Positions 17,132 through 27,816 are shown, counted from the first letter of the stretch. The stretch is DNA of 64,000 nucleotides from a virus (IMGVR_UViG_3300014208_000024:32001-96000), one strand, 5' to 3'. Made by a program: numbers and translations. The notes: generated from the sequence alone by a model not told the origin.

Positions 17132-17811
17132 AATTTATAATAAGAGAAAATGTGATTTTTATGAGATTTATTAACACCTCTACAAACCTTAGAAACACAA
17201 TTCCAATCAAACCCATCTTCTATAACTTGCCTTCCAAAATTATAAATTTTTATCAAATTATTTTCTAAATTATAACAAAAAACTTTTTTACAATTCTTAC
17301 TATTTATTCCACTATTTTTTTCTTTTGTTTTTTCACTCCATTTTAATCCAACTCTTTTAGCAGACATTTTTTCTTTACTTTCTTTAGAATGATTTTTTCC
17401 ATAAAATCCATTTTTATCTCCAAGACAACTTGTTTTTCTTGTTTTTGACATCTTTATTTTTGATTCTTCCGAGTGTTTGAAAATTCCTTTTTTACCTTTG
17501 TTCCAAGGAACAACACTGAATGAACCATCTCCACCATTTGTCATATTTGTAAGCTCAAACCCCCAAGTTTTAATTTGAGAAATCCAATATTTTTCCCAAA
17601 AATCACAACTTAACTCATCAGTTTCTTCTATGATAAAAAGTTCTGGTAACAATCCATTTTTTTTTAATTTTTTAACCCAAGCAGTTTTTTTTGTATTTTT
17701 ACTTTCATTTAAATGGTCTCTAAATCTTCTTTCTACCCTATATGTTTTTCCAACATATTTTATACTTTTATTTCTTGGGTCAGAAAGTAAATAAATATAA
17801 ACTTTTTTCAT
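17122..17811 (-). CDS. GIY-YIG homing endonuclease with NUMOD3/NUMOD1 motifs
   Basis: YIYLL...KYVGKT...R; GFYGKNHSKESKEKMS. Confidence 0.9.
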   Translation of the reverse strand: MKKVYIYLLSDPRNKSIKYVGKTYRVERRFRDHLNESKNTKKTAWVKKLKKNGLLPELFIIEETDELSCDFWEKYWISQIKTWGFELTNMTNGGDGSFSVVPWNKGKKGIFKHSEESKIKMSKTRKTSCLGDKNGFYGKNHSKESKEKMSAKRVGLKWSEKTKEKNSGINSKNCKKVFCYNLENNLIKIYNFGRQVIEDGFDWNCVSKVCRGVNKSHKNHIFSYYKLGA

Positions 17812-17846
17812 ACTTTTTTATTATAAATATAATAAAAAAAAATGAA

Positions 17847-18206
17847 TTATGGATTAATTAATGGATTTATTTTTTGTTTTGTTAATTTATATACCCTATT
17901 ATTAAAATCTTCTAATAAAGATTTGGGTATTTTTATTTTTTTATCTTCAAATTGTTTAAGTATTTCATACTTAGAAAAACACCCTTCAACAATACCCTCT
18001 GACCACATATTAATATGCAACCCCCAAGATTTTTTTCCCATAATTACAGTTTTCAAAATGTTTGGGTGACAACTTTTAAGATTATTAATTTTTATTTCAC
18101 CATTTTCAAATTTTCTGAATCCAAATTTTCCATCATCAGAATCCAGATCAAATTCCACTTTAACATCTGAACCGCAGAAAGTAAGTATTCCACATCTATA
18201 AGACAT
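17847..18206 (-). CDS. Hypothetical protein
   Basis: ORF. Confidence 0.6.
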   Translation of the reverse strand: MSYRCGILTFCGSDVKVEFDLDSDDGKFGFRKFENGEIKINNLKSCHPNILKTVIMGKKSWGLHINMWSEGIVEGCFSKYEILKQFEDKKIKIPKSLLEDFNNRVYKLTKQKINPLINP

Positions 18207-18435
18207 TAAAAAAAACGTGAAGATTTCGTTAAACTTTTCAGAATACTTTTGTAATCTTTTATGATTTCTTGTACCAGAGATTTGTTTTTTTTCTTCAATT
18301 TTTCTTAACCTCTCTTTAATTGATTCGCTTTTCGCATGGCTGTTCCCTCCAAAGTTTTAATTATTAATATGATAAAGTTGATTTTGCTCAATATCATTGT
18401 TAGCTTTATCGTTCAAAAACTATGATATTATATTG

Positions 18436-18509
18436 TAAATCAGGGAATAGTTACCGAGGGAGTTTTTTGATTTGCAGTCGAAGTATCCCTACTGATTGCC
18501 ACTGACTTT
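18436..18509 (-). ncRNA. Minimal Y-RNA-like element Y8 (Cys GCA loop only)
   Basis: Family stem closing GA-CTGCAAA-TC. Confidence 0.65.
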
Positions 18510-18510
18510 G

Positions 18511-18583
18511 AGCGGGTAAAGAGGTTCAAACTCTCGACTTTCAGATTGGAAATCTGACGCTCTATCAGCTGAGCTATACCCGC
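18511..18583 (-). tRNA. tRNA-Gly(UCC)
   Basis: TCAGA-TTTCCAA-TCTGA. Confidence 0.9.
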
Positions 18584-18688
18584 ATTATTTTAGTTTATAA
18601 AAAATAATATAATTTAAATTTTTTTTCACAATTTGTTAAAGAAAATAGATTTTCTAAAATTTTGTGATATTTATATGAAAAATATTAT

Positions 18689-19369
18689 ATGACACCACTT
18701 TATACACAAGAAGAATTTGACAACGCTAAAGGTTGCGACAAATTGCCATGTAAATGTAAATATTGTAAAGAAACATTCTTTAGATATAAGTATATAATTA
18801 AAGCAGCATTAAACCCAAAAAACAAGCAAACTAATGATTATTGTTCAAGAAATTGTCAATATCAATCTCAGTTTAAGCATGAAACTATAAGATGTGACAA
18901 TTGCAATATTGAAATTAAAAAATTAATTTCTACTACAAAAAGACATAAAAATCATTTTTGTTCGCACTCATGTTCTACTAAATATTTTAACGCTCACAAA
19001 ACAACTGGAATTAGACGATCTAAATTAGAAATATGGCTTGAATCACAACTCACTTTTCTTTATCCAAGTCTTGAAATTCATTATAATAAAAAGGATGCCA
19101 TTGGATCAGAATTAGATATATATGTACCCTCTTTAAAAATTGCATTCGAATTAAATGGAATATTCCATTATGAGCCAATTTATGGTAATAATAAATTAGA
19201 TCAAATAAAAAATAATGATTCAAGAAAATATAAATCTTGTATTGATTTAAACATATCTTTGTGTATAATAGATTCATCTCAATTAAAATATTTTAAAGAG
19301 AAAAATTGTAAAAAATATTTAGATATTATTATTAATATTATAAACAACACAATGAATACTGGACAATAA
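18689..19369 (+). CDS. Zn-ribbon plus PD-(D/E)XK endonuclease (paralog of 39934..40587)
   Basis: RSKLEIW...ELDIYVP...FELNGIFHY. Confidence 0.8.
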   Translation: MTPLYTQEEFDNAKGCDKLPCKCKYCKETFFRYKYIIKAALNPKNKQTNDYCSRNCQYQSQFKHETIRCDNCNIEIKKLISTTKRHKNHFCSHSCSTKYFNAHKTTGIRRSKLEIWLESQLTFLYPSLEIHYNKKDAIGSELDIYVPSLKIAFELNGIFHYEPIYGNNKLDQIKNNDSRKYKSCIDLNISLCIIDSSQLKYFKEKNCKKYLDIIINIINNTMNTGQ

Positions 19370-19426
19370 TAACCAGCATTCATTATGTGTTTTAAATTCA
19401 CCAACATGTCAAAGACCATTATACTG

Positions 19427-19498
19427 CGGAATGTGTGGGATTCGAACCCCTCCTTCGCCGTGACGGGGCGATACTACTACCATTATACGACACACTCC
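19427..19498 (-). tRNA. tRNA-Asp(GUC)
   Basis: TCGCC-CCGTCAC-GGCGA. Confidence 0.85.
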
Positions 19499-19527
19499 AA
19501 TTTTCATTTATTTATAAAGAACGTATT

Positions 19528-19569
19528 AAAACAAAAAACCCGAATCTTTTTTTGGGATTCGGGTTGTTT
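19528..19569 (-). terminator. Attenuator terminator of Asp/Gly/Ala/Tyr/Met/Pro operon
   Basis: ACCCGAATC...GATTCGGGT followed by TTTTTGTTTT. Confidence 0.85.
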
Positions 19570-19599
19570 GTTCACCTTTTAAGTTTTATAAAAACTTCA

Positions 19600-19713
19600 T
19601 TAAGGTTTTGAGTTAAACATACCCGTCCCACATCCATAATCAGCATCCGCTGCACATGGATAACCGCCCATTGGGGAAGTTTCTGGTTGACGATATGTAA
19701 AATTTTGTTTCAC
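19600..19713 (-). CDS. Leader peptide (M)KQNFTYRQPETSPMGGYPCAADADYGCGTGMFNSKP
   Basis: 37-aa GTG-start ORF (internal ATG possible); 16 consecutive codons from P,M,G,Y,C,A,D; antiterminator GGGACGGGTATGTTT. Confidence 0.78.
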   Translation of the reverse strand: MKQNFTYRQPETSPMGGYPCAADADYGCGTGMFNSKP

Positions 19714-19862
19714 CTTTATTATGTTTTTATATTATTAAATATCTCAAAAAAAATTGTTTTCACAGATTCATACGCAAAGTTACAAAAAAAGTTACATAAA
19801 AAACAAGTTTTTTTCAAAGTTTTTTTAAAATATTTTACAACTTGTTGATTATTAAACTATTA

Positions 19863-20321
19863 TTATTTTGCTTTATCATCTAATTTTTGAAACATTCTTA
19901 AATCTTTTTGAAAAGAAACTGGAAAAGAGTTGTGTTTTTGAATCATTTGATCTATTTTTTCCTGGGTAATTGGATCTCCATTTGATGAATTGATTCCTTT
20001 TTTAAGCTTTATTGCATCTTTTTCCATTCTTCTTCTTATATAATGATATCTAACCAGGTTTTTTGTATAATCAGATATAAATGGCCAGTTTTTAATTATT
20101 TGATAAGACTTTTCTTCGTGATTTGTAAAGGAATAATTATATCCATCTTTTTTTAATGTAGCAACAAATGGTTTTCCTATATCATGAAGCAGCGCTGCAG
20201 TAGCAAATCTTTTTTTAGAAGAAAATAGTGAATACCAAAAAACTATTAATGTATGTACCAGCACAGAATGTTTGTGATGTTTATTTTGTCTTAAAAATAA
20301 TGTGATAATAAAATGTTTCAC
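19863..20321 (-). CDS. HD-domain phosphohydrolase
   Basis: HT...AALLHDIGKP...HE...H...DD. Confidence 0.85.
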   Translation of the reverse strand: MKHFIITLFLRQNKHHKHSVLVHTLIVFWYSLFSSKKRFATAALLHDIGKPFVATLKKDGYNYSFTNHEEKSYQIIKNWPFISDYTKNLVRYHYIRRRMEKDAIKLKKGINSSNGDPITQEKIDQMIQKHNSFPVSFQKDLRMFQKLDDKAK

Positions 20322-20851
20322 TATGAAAGTTGTTTCAATATTTTATCTACTATAACTTTTGTATTTTCTGGCACTCCGAGTATTTCTTCGTATACAATAT
20401 TATAAGAATCAAGCATGTCTTTAATTTCTTTATCTAAAGATTTGGCACCTTCTTCTGTTTGAAGTCTTCCCTTTGTATGATATGGTTTGGCTCTTTTTAT
20501 GAAAAAATTCATATTTTCATATTTGTGATGTTCATTAATAATGACTGTTCTGAAATGTTCATCATTTTTCACATCATATATAATAGAATTTAGCAAAGGG
20601 GAGTCGGTCACAATAACATCAACTTTTCCTTTTAACCTAAACATTCTGTGTTGTTGTTTTCCAAAAACATACAATTGGTTTTCTAAGACGTTGTTTGAAC
20701 CTTCCCAAACTCTGTCTTTAGCATATTCCAAAGCCATTTCACATTCAACACCTTCCCATTTTAATTGTGCAAATATACTAGCACAAAAAGTACTTTTACC
20801 AGCTCCAGGGCCAGCAAACAAATTGATTACGATAGTTTTTTTAGTTTCCAT
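20321..20851 (-). CDS. P-loop kinase (AAA_28 / NadR-like)
   Basis: GPGAGKST; IVTDSPLL; GRLQTEE. Confidence 0.8.
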   Translation of the reverse strand: METKKTIVINLFAGPGAGKSTFCASIFAQLKWEGVECEMALEYAKDRVWEGSNNVLENQLYVFGKQQHRMFRLKGKVDVIVTDSPLLNSIIYDVKNDEHFRTVIINEHHKYENMNFFIKRAKPYHTKGRLQTEEGAKSLDKEIKDMLDSYNIVYEEILGVPENTKVIVDKILKQLS

Positions 20852-20909
20852 ATTTTAAATTTAATAGTTTCAAAAAATAAAAAAGGGGAAAAATTTTCCA
20901 CATTTTTTT

Positions 20910-22370
20910 TTACACTGTTCCTACTTCTTGTAAATATTTTTCATCAAATTTTGAAAAATCATCCTGTTCCCCTTCAAATCCAACAGATTTTCTTTTTGAC
21001 ATTGAAGATTGTTCAGATGCGTATTTGGATATGTTTCGAATGTCTTCTTTCATTCTTTTTTTAACTGACTGTATAAGTTCCACACTAACATCTTCTCCTA
21101 CGCTAACAGCAAATGATGCAGTTGCTTGTGCAAGTTCTTTTATTTCAGCCCCAGACATTCCATTTATATGCTGATATAATTCTTCTCTTAATTTTTTCCC
21201 AATTTTGGTTGTTGGTCGATTTTTATCATTAAATAGAATTTCTTCAAAGTAAATTTCGGCACATTTAATTGCATATCCTCCAGTGAGAACTCCAAATTCA
21301 ACAATTCTATCAACTCTACCAGGTCTTTTAAGAATTCTTGGTTCAATTCTGTCTGGATGATTTGTTGTCATTATTATATATGAACCAAGAAGATTTTTTG
21401 GTTGATCAACTCCATCTAAAAAGTTTAACAAAGCAGAATTTGCATTTGAAAGAGTTGATTCGGCATCTTCAAGAACAACAAGTGTACTAACTTTGTGTGT
21501 AGCACATTTTACTAAATGCTGTGCCACGTCTACAATATTCATTGAGAACACTACACATTTGTCTGTTGAGAATTTTTTAGAAATTTTTACAGCCAAACTT
21601 GTTTTCCCTGTTCCAGGAGGTCCAACTAACAGAGATTTTCTTACTCCAGACATTCCAAATCTTGTAAACAATGGAACATTGTTATAGTAATAATTAATAT
21701 CTTGCAAAAGGACTTCTGTTGATGGGTGTACTATTGGAGTTTCTTGTAAGTCTTCAAGTTTTTTATATTCAATTCCACCTATTCCGTTGTTATAAATTCT
21801 GAATATCCCATTTTTTGGTTTTGCATTCTTTTTCTTTTCTTGCTTAATCATTTTCAAAAAATTAAGCCATATTTTTTTTTCGGCAGCATACATTCCTTCA
21901 ACAGATCTGGTCTTTCCTCCTCCACTTATCCATTTTGCATAATACATATATGTACCATCAGAAAATATTACCTTAAACAAACCAGTTGTATCTGAAACAC
22001 TGATGCTATATTCCTTTTTTTTCACCAATGAAACACCAAATGAATAATTTGTTATTAAATCTGATTGTATCCTTTCAATTTCAACAATATGAAAAGATTT
22101 TCTACCATATCTTTTGGCTTCATATTTCAATTTATTTAACATTGAAATATCATATGTGTCAGAATATTCTACAATAACAAATTCACATATTTCTTTTAAC
22201 AACTCTGGGTTTTTTAAGTTATCTTTCCACAACTCTTCAACTTTTGTTTCAATGTTTTGTTTTTTTGCAATAGTTAAATTTTTTTCTTTTGAATAAAGAT
22301 AATCTCTTATCTTATTTTTTCTGTATCTAATTAACAGTTCTTTGTAGATAACTTCCCTTAATGTTCCCAT
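20910..22370 (-). CDS. AAA+ ATPase
   Basis: GPPGTGKT, VLEDAE, TTNHPDRIEPRILKRPGRVD. Confidence 0.9.
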   Translation of the reverse strand: MGTLREVIYKELLIRYRKNKIRDYLYSKEKNLTIAKKQNIETKVEELWKDNLKNPELLKEICEFVIVEYSDTYDISMLNKLKYEAKRYGRKSFHIVEIERIQSDLITNYSFGVSLVKKKEYSISVSDTTGLFKVIFSDGTYMYYAKWISGGGKTRSVEGMYAAEKKIWLNFLKMIKQEKKKNAKPKNGIFRIYNNGIGGIEYKKLEDLQETPIVHPSTEVLLQDINYYYNNVPLFTRFGMSGVRKSLLVGPPGTGKTSLAVKISKKFSTDKCVVFSMNIVDVAQHLVKCATHKVSTLVVLEDAESTLSNANSALLNFLDGVDQPKNLLGSYIIMTTNHPDRIEPRILKRPGRVDRIVEFGVLTGGYAIKCAEIYFEEILFNDKNRPTTKIGKKLREELYQHINGMSGAEIKELAQATASFAVSVGEDVSVELIQSVKKRMKEDIRNISKYASEQSSMSKRKSVGFEGEQDDFSKFDEKYLQEVGTV

Positions 22371-22380
22371 TTTTTAAAAT

Positions 22381-22656
22381 TTATTTGTTTATATAAATAT
22401 TCCTTTGTACTTTAAAAAGTTTTGAAAGTAAAATTTCATGATCATCATATAATCCGACAGCCCAATTTGTTATTTTACCATCTGGCAAGATATCAATTTT
22501 TTCTCCATTAAATATTAAATGATATCCAATTGCTTTGTTTTCGGCTATTTGCCTTCGTAGATCTATGTTTTCAAAATCATTGAGAAACCCAAGAGATTTT
22601 CCTTCTGGGTCAAAGTGTTCAACAGTTTGAACTTCAATCTTTATTGGCTTAATCAT
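22381..22656 (-). CDS. Small protein, DUF3696-like C-terminus
   Basis: IDILPDGKITNWAVGLYD. Confidence 0.45.
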   Translation of the reverse strand: MIKPIKIEVQTVEHFDPEGKSLGFLNDFENIDLRRQIAENKAIGYHLIFNGEKIDILPDGKITNWAVGLYDDHEILLSKLFKVQRNIYINK

Positions 22657-23159
22657 TATACTGTGCTATGAAAATTAAATAGAGACAATCTATACCCTTG
22701 AATATTGGATATTCTACAATACATTCTTCCGTTTTCTTTGTCCATAACTGTATAAAGCTCTGTTTGGGTCGCAGACATAAAACATTCTACTCCCTGGTTA
22801 ATAGCTTTTTTAACTTTTTCTCCTTCATCATTATTTAAGATAATTAACCTTCCACAAATAGCTCTTCTATCTCTATCCCAATATATAGATAGAATCATAA
22901 AGGCTGGTTCTTTATCTTCTTCAGCAACTTGCTCTGCACTTACAGACTTTCCGTTATATTCCACTATTGTTGGCATAACCAAAAAACCCTCATTAAGTTC
23001 CCCTAATGCGAGTCCTTGGTCAACAAAATCCACTTTAAATTGTTCTACTGCTGCGAGTATATTTTCCTCATCGAGAAATGTGTGTTCTGGGGCTCTCAAT
23101 CTTTCAAATTCACCTTCAAGAACATATTCCTCTGGATCAATTACTACTAATTTTGACAT
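22656..23159 (-). CDS. Hypothetical protein
   Basis: ORF. Confidence 0.65.
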   Translation of the reverse strand: MSKLVVIDPEEYVLEGEFERLRAPEHTFLDEENILAAVEQFKVDFVDQGLALGELNEGFLVMPTIVEYNGKSVSAEQVAEEDKEPAFMILSIYWDRDRRAICGRLIILNNDEGEKVKKAINQGVECFMSATQTELYTVMDKENGRMYCRISNIQGYRLSLFNFHSTV

Positions 23160-23166
23160 ATTTTTT

Positions 23167-23634
23167 TTAGTTTAAAATTTTTTCTTTCAAATCAGTAGGA
23201 AGAACAAGTTTGCAAGTATCATTTTCCACTACAACTATTACAGAAGCTGCAGACTTAGTGGCAACGCTAGTGTTTACATAATTCAAAGTTTTTGTTCCGT
23301 CTGAGTTACAAGTTACACTTTGTAATTTTAACTTAGACATATTAGTAAACTTTTTTTTATAATATTGTTTAACTTTTTGCTTTCCGTATTTTTTAATACT
23401 TTCAGAAGAAGTAAACTGCAACATCATGTCATAGTTACCAATCTTTCTCAAAGACTGCATGAAAGACATAAAATCTGAGCCGTAAAATACAGCGGGATTT
23501 GAATACGGTTTTTCAACACTTTCAACTTCTGCTACACTATTTTTTTCAACAGATTCCACCATCTTTTTTTCTTGAACTGTGCATCCCACAATTGCAAAGA
23601 TAGAAATAAAAATAATAAAAACAAATTTTTTCAT
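23167..23634 (-). CDS. Putative lipoprotein
   Basis: Signal peptide with AIVG-C lipobox. Confidence 0.65.
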   Translation of the reverse strand: MKKFVFIIFISIFAIVGCTVQEKKMVESVEKNSVAEVESVEKPYSNPAVFYGSDFMSFMQSLRKIGNYDMMLQFTSSESIKKYGKQKVKQYYKKKFTNMSKLKLQSVTCNSDGTKTLNYVNTSVATKSAASVIVVVENDTCKLVLPTDLKEKILN

Positions 23635-23917
23635 AACTTTTCTTTTTTTTAATTTTTCGTTTCTACCAATATATACGTAAAAACTTCAAAAAAGTTACAC
23701 AAAATTAAAACTTATATATTTAACCTAAATTACATTTGAACATTTTATTCTTCTCTTCTTTTTTAAAATAAGCAACAAGTATTGTTTCAATCATATTGTT
23801 TGTTGATGGTCTATTTTGTTCAATTCTTGCTTTTTCGATTGCTTCAATTAACCAATCATTTTTATCCGTCAATTTTAAACTAATTCTTTTTGCCATATCA
23901 TTTAATTTTTATACTGT

Positions 23918-25486
23918 TTATAATCCAAATTTATTTCTAAGCAAGTCAATCTTACTTAATTTAGCATGTTTTTCTGCTTCCAATTCTACTTGTAATTCTT
24001 CAATGGTCTGACCAATATCGGGAAGATTTCTTCTTAATTCATTTAACCCATCAGGTTGTTCTATTTCTGGAAGACCATGTATTCTATCTGCGCCAACAAT
24101 ATCTTCATTGGGATTAAATCCATAATCTCTTAACTCAGTAATTAATTGAATTACATTTTCCTTATCATCCTCATTCCCACTATAAACACTTGGAATCATA
24201 ATGTAAGCGTATGGTTTGTTCATTGATTTTAAATCATTAACACTAATTTCTTTGTTATCAACTTTTTTTCTATCAATGTTATCTGGTCTTGCTGCTCTAC
24301 CATAAGTTTGCAAAAATTTACTCTTTGATAATGTTCTTAATGGCATTATACCAGAAAACCCACTAATATCAATTCCTTCTGCCAATATATCATAATGGAG
24401 AACAATTAGTTTTTTTGTTGCATTGCTACCATCAACTTTTAATCTTCTCAAAAAATCCTGTCTACTAACTTGTTCTCCATTAATATTATTTCCAACTTCA
24501 CCATTTGATGCGACTGCATAAATATCAACACCATCTTGTGTTAGTTGTGCATATTCTCTACTTCTAAGGAAATTTATAATATCCTGTGTTCCTTTTGCGG
24601 AAACCAATACCTTTGGAAAAGTCTTTGTTAATATTTTACCATGCTGTTCAAAAGTATCTTTAATGATTTTATTTATTGATTTATTATAATCTTCAGTATT
24701 ATAAACGCCTTCTGTAATAACAAAATGTAATCTTGGTCTAACCATTTTACCCAAATCAATAGCTTGTCTTGGTGTCATACTATATAGAATTTCACCATAA
24801 GATTCCACATTATTCATTCCCCTACCAGTATCAGAAGGAGTTGAAATAGTTGTTGCGGTAAAGAAATAACAACGATTTGATTTTAGAATATGTAAAATAT
24901 CGTGAAATTGTTCTTGAACCAAGTAATGTGCTTCATCATTAAGAATTATTGACATTGGTTCAAAACCGTCTCTTGCTTCTTCAATTCTTTCTGCTGAGTT
25001 ATATGTACTGAAAAATATCAAAGGTAAATTTTGAGCCTTTGCCTTACCTATCATTTCACGTATATCTCTTACACTGGTTCCTGAACCAATTTCAGAGAAT
25101 GGTATATTAGCACCATCAAGATTTGCTTTAATGCGAATATCTTCCAATTCTTTTTCGTTTATTTTACCACCACTATGAACAAACATATATCTTGCCTCAA
25201 TCTTTGCATCAACAAGAAAACCATAAACTTCTTTTAATAATTGGTATGTCAATACTATTCTTGGTGCATTAACAACATACATTTGAAAATCGCCATTTTT
25301 AATAATATCATCGGCAATTATTGCTGATTGACAAAAACTCTTTCCAACTCCTGTTGGCATACAAACAATACCTTTATCACTTGCAATTGCACTTGATACT
25401 GCATCTTTTTGATATGGGTAAAGTCTATCAAAAATTTTAACATCGCTTGTTTGTTTCTTTTCGAATATTTTATCTAAGATTTTCAT
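23918..25486 (-). CDS. Superfamily II helicase/ATPase (restriction Res-subunit-like)
   Basis: MPTGVGKS, NDEAH, FTAT, LAEGIDI, QTYGRAAR. Confidence 0.88.
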   Translation of the reverse strand: MKILDKIFEKKQTSDVKIFDRLYPYQKDAVSSAIASDKGIVCMPTGVGKSFCQSAIIADDIIKNGDFQMYVVNAPRIVLTYQLLKEVYGFLVDAKIEARYMFVHSGGKINEKELEDIRIKANLDGANIPFSEIGSGTSVRDIREMIGKAKAQNLPLIFFSTYNSAERIEEARDGFEPMSIILNDEAHYLVQEQFHDILHILKSNRCYFFTATTISTPSDTGRGMNNVESYGEILYSMTPRQAIDLGKMVRPRLHFVITEGVYNTEDYNKSINKIIKDTFEQHGKILTKTFPKVLVSAKGTQDIINFLRSREYAQLTQDGVDIYAVASNGEVGNNINGEQVSRQDFLRRLKVDGSNATKKLIVLHYDILAEGIDISGFSGIMPLRTLSKSKFLQTYGRAARPDNIDRKKVDNKEISVNDLKSMNKPYAYIMIPSVYSGNEDDKENVIQLITELRDYGFNPNEDIVGADRIHGLPEIEQPDGLNELRRNLPDIGQTIEELQVELEAEKHAKLSKIDLLRNKFGL

Positions 25487-25571
25487 AATATATCGTTTTT
25501 TATTACTTTATACGGAAAAGGTAATACTTTTGTTACACATAAAAAATAAAATCACAATTATTTTTACTTTA

Positions 25572-26156
25572 TTATAAAGAATTTATTATTTCTCTTACTT
25601 TGTTCCAGAAAATCAGATTGTTATCTAATAAACATCTGAAATCTTTATATCCAAAACATTTAACTTTTCCTTTGAACATTTCGCCATCGGTATAAAAGTT
25701 CAACCCGTCAGCAGTTGTAAATACGAAATGTCTGAAGTTTTTAGGATTTTCCATATCAGCAACAACATTATGTGATAACATGCCGTCTGTAATAAGATTT
25801 CCTAAACTATCTTTATTTGATGATAATTCGGTTAATACATTTGACCTAAATTTTACTTGTACAACAGTTTTTTCATTTCTTATGTTTACGCCAACACCGT
25901 CCACACCATTATCATTCTCCTGGTTCGGCTTATAGTTATAAACACCTACTCTATTATCTGTTGGATGCAGTGCCAAAAAAAGCTCTACAAAGAACTCAAA
26001 TGCATCACCCTTATATTTATCGGCATCATACCTTAAAGTATCTAAAATCGCTTCTGATTCAATTCTACGTATAAGCGTTGACATCTTGTTAACTCCTTCG
26101 AATAATCTTGGAAGTGAATGTGCTTTTGTTTTGAAATTGTGTTCTAAGTGTATCAT
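25572..26156 (-). CDS. Mrr-like PD-(D/E)XK restriction endonuclease
   Basis: GDAFEFF...DNGVDG...VVQVKF. Confidence 0.7.
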   Translation of the reverse strand: MIHLEHNFKTKAHSLPRLFEGVNKMSTLIRRIESEAILDTLRYDADKYKGDAFEFFVELFLALHPTDNRVGVYNYKPNQENDNGVDGVGVNIRNEKTVVQVKFRSNVLTELSSNKDSLGNLITDGMLSHNVVADMENPKNFRHFVFTTADGLNFYTDGEMFKGKVKCFGYKDFRCLLDNNLIFWNKVREIINSL

Positions 26157-26172
26157 GTTATTAAAAGTTTAA

Positions 26173-26925
26173 TTAAATATCTAAATATTCTATATTTATT
26201 ATAGTAGATGGTGGTATGTTTTCTTTTGTATAATATCCATCAAAAAAATTGGGGTCTTTAAAAAATCTTGTCGTTACTCTTCCCCAATTTGGTTTTATGG
26301 TTAGTATTATAAACCTTCCAGCCTCTTCCAATTCAAAATCTTTTTGTTTTTTTGATTTATAACTTCCCTTTTCTTCTTTTTCAACAATTTTATTTAACTC
26401 AATGTGTTTTTTTTGTAAAGCTAAATCTTTTAAAGATTCTTTGTTAATTGAAAAATAAATTCTATCATTAAAATTAAAAAAATCAACTGAACTTCTTGGT
26501 GTTAATCCATTTTTTTTTATTTTATCAATTCTATTTTGTTTAGTTAAATGATATATATTATCTGGTACACCAATTTCTATATCATGTTTTGGTTCATATT
26601 GTAAAATAACAGTCCCATTAGTGACTTTAATAAAATCAAGCTTATTTTTTAATGGTGAACCAGCAATGCTTACACCATGAAACCAACCGCCTACATTATC
26701 CATAATACGATTTAATTCTAAATATCTTTTTTCATTATTATCATTTAAATCGAAATGAATAATTATTTTATTGTTGTGAAACTGAAACTTATTTCTTTTA
26801 AATCCTAAATTATATAATTCGGGTAATAGCTTTTCTAATGAATACGTATATATTAATCCCTCATATAGAATTTTTCGTTCCAATTCTTCTCTTATTAAAA
26901 TTCTTAAAAAATCGTGTTGGTCCAT
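26173..26925 (-). CDS. Probable virion protein with ADP-ribosyltransferase-fold (Tpt1/KptA-like) domain
   Basis: IYHLT...IKKNGLTPR...RIYFS; N-terminal LRILIREEL motif. Confidence 0.6.
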   Translation of the reverse strand: MDQHDFLRILIREELERKILYEGLIYTYSLEKLLPELYNLGFKRNKFQFHNNKIIIHFDLNDNNEKRYLELNRIMDNVGGWFHGVSIAGSPLKNKLDFIKVTNGTVILQYEPKHDIEIGVPDNIYHLTKQNRIDKIKKNGLTPRSSVDFFNFNDRIYFSINKESLKDLALQKKHIELNKIVEKEEKGSYKSKKQKDFELEEAGRFIILTIKPNWGRVTTRFFKDPNFFDGYYTKENIPPSTIINIEYLDI

Positions 26926-26956
26926 TGCTTTTTATAATAAATATGGGTTAAATGTT

Positions 26957-27244
26957 TTAACAATGAATCGAATTACTTTTTTCTTGAGTTTTGGTTAATG
27001 AGCTTATAAATTCCATACACGCTTCAGCAAACGTATCTATGCAATAGAAAATCTCTTCAAGTTCTTCATTTAAGATAAATTCCTTTGCTTGTAAAAACAA
27101 TTCTTCTTTTGATAATACCAGTTCATTTCTTATTACTGCATCAGCAAAACTTGCCATTACTGGAGCTGAAATTTCACAGGGAAGAATATTGTATTCTCCA
27201 TTTCTACTAATAAAACTTTCTGCTTTTTTAATTAATTCTTGCAT
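26957..27244 (-). CDS. Hypothetical protein
   Basis: ORF with class I promoter. Confidence 0.55.
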   Translation of the reverse strand: MQELIKKAESFISRNGEYNILPCEISAPVMASFADAVIRNELVLSKEELFLQAKEFILNEELEEIFYCIDTFAEACMEFISSLTKTQEKSNSIHC

Positions 27245-27439
27245 AACTTTATCTTTTTATTAATTTATACGTAAAAGGTATTACTTTTGTTTCAGTTTTT
27301 ACAAATGTTTTGATGAATATTTTAATTAAAAATAGTAAACTTTAATTTTTATTATCAAAAGCGCAGGGGGAAATAAAAATACCCCAAAGAGAATTATTCC
27401 TTGAGGTACTTTAAATACAATAATTAAATTTCACTGTTC

Positions 27440-27739
27440 TTATTCAGTATAAGTTGGTAGGTTATCTATGTTATCTCCTTCACTTTCGTTTAATACTGAC
27501 CTTAAATATTTAGGATTTGCCTTAACAACTTCAATCAATGTTTTTGAGTTTCCAACATAATAAGTATAATCGTTTGATTCGATGTTGGTAATTATTTTTT
27601 CAACAGTCTCTTTAATAATTTCTTTTTCTGTTTTATTATTTATGGCAACATTTCTTTCCACTTTAAATTCGATGTTTTTACCATCTTTTTCTTTTCTCTC
27701 TTTTAATTTTCTTTCATATTTTGACATAACTTTATACAC
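27440..27739 (-). CDS. Hypothetical protein
   Basis: ORF. Confidence 0.55.
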   Translation of the reverse strand: MYKVMSKYERKLKERKEKDGKNIEFKVERNVAINNKTEKEIIKETVEKIITNIESNDYTYYVGNSKTLIEVVKANPKYLRSVLNESEGDNIDNLPTYTE

Positions 27740-27816
27740 TTATCTACACAGTGTGAGATTTTAAAATTTAATATATCTACGCAAAGATACTAAAAAATTT
27801 CGCTAAATGCAAATTT

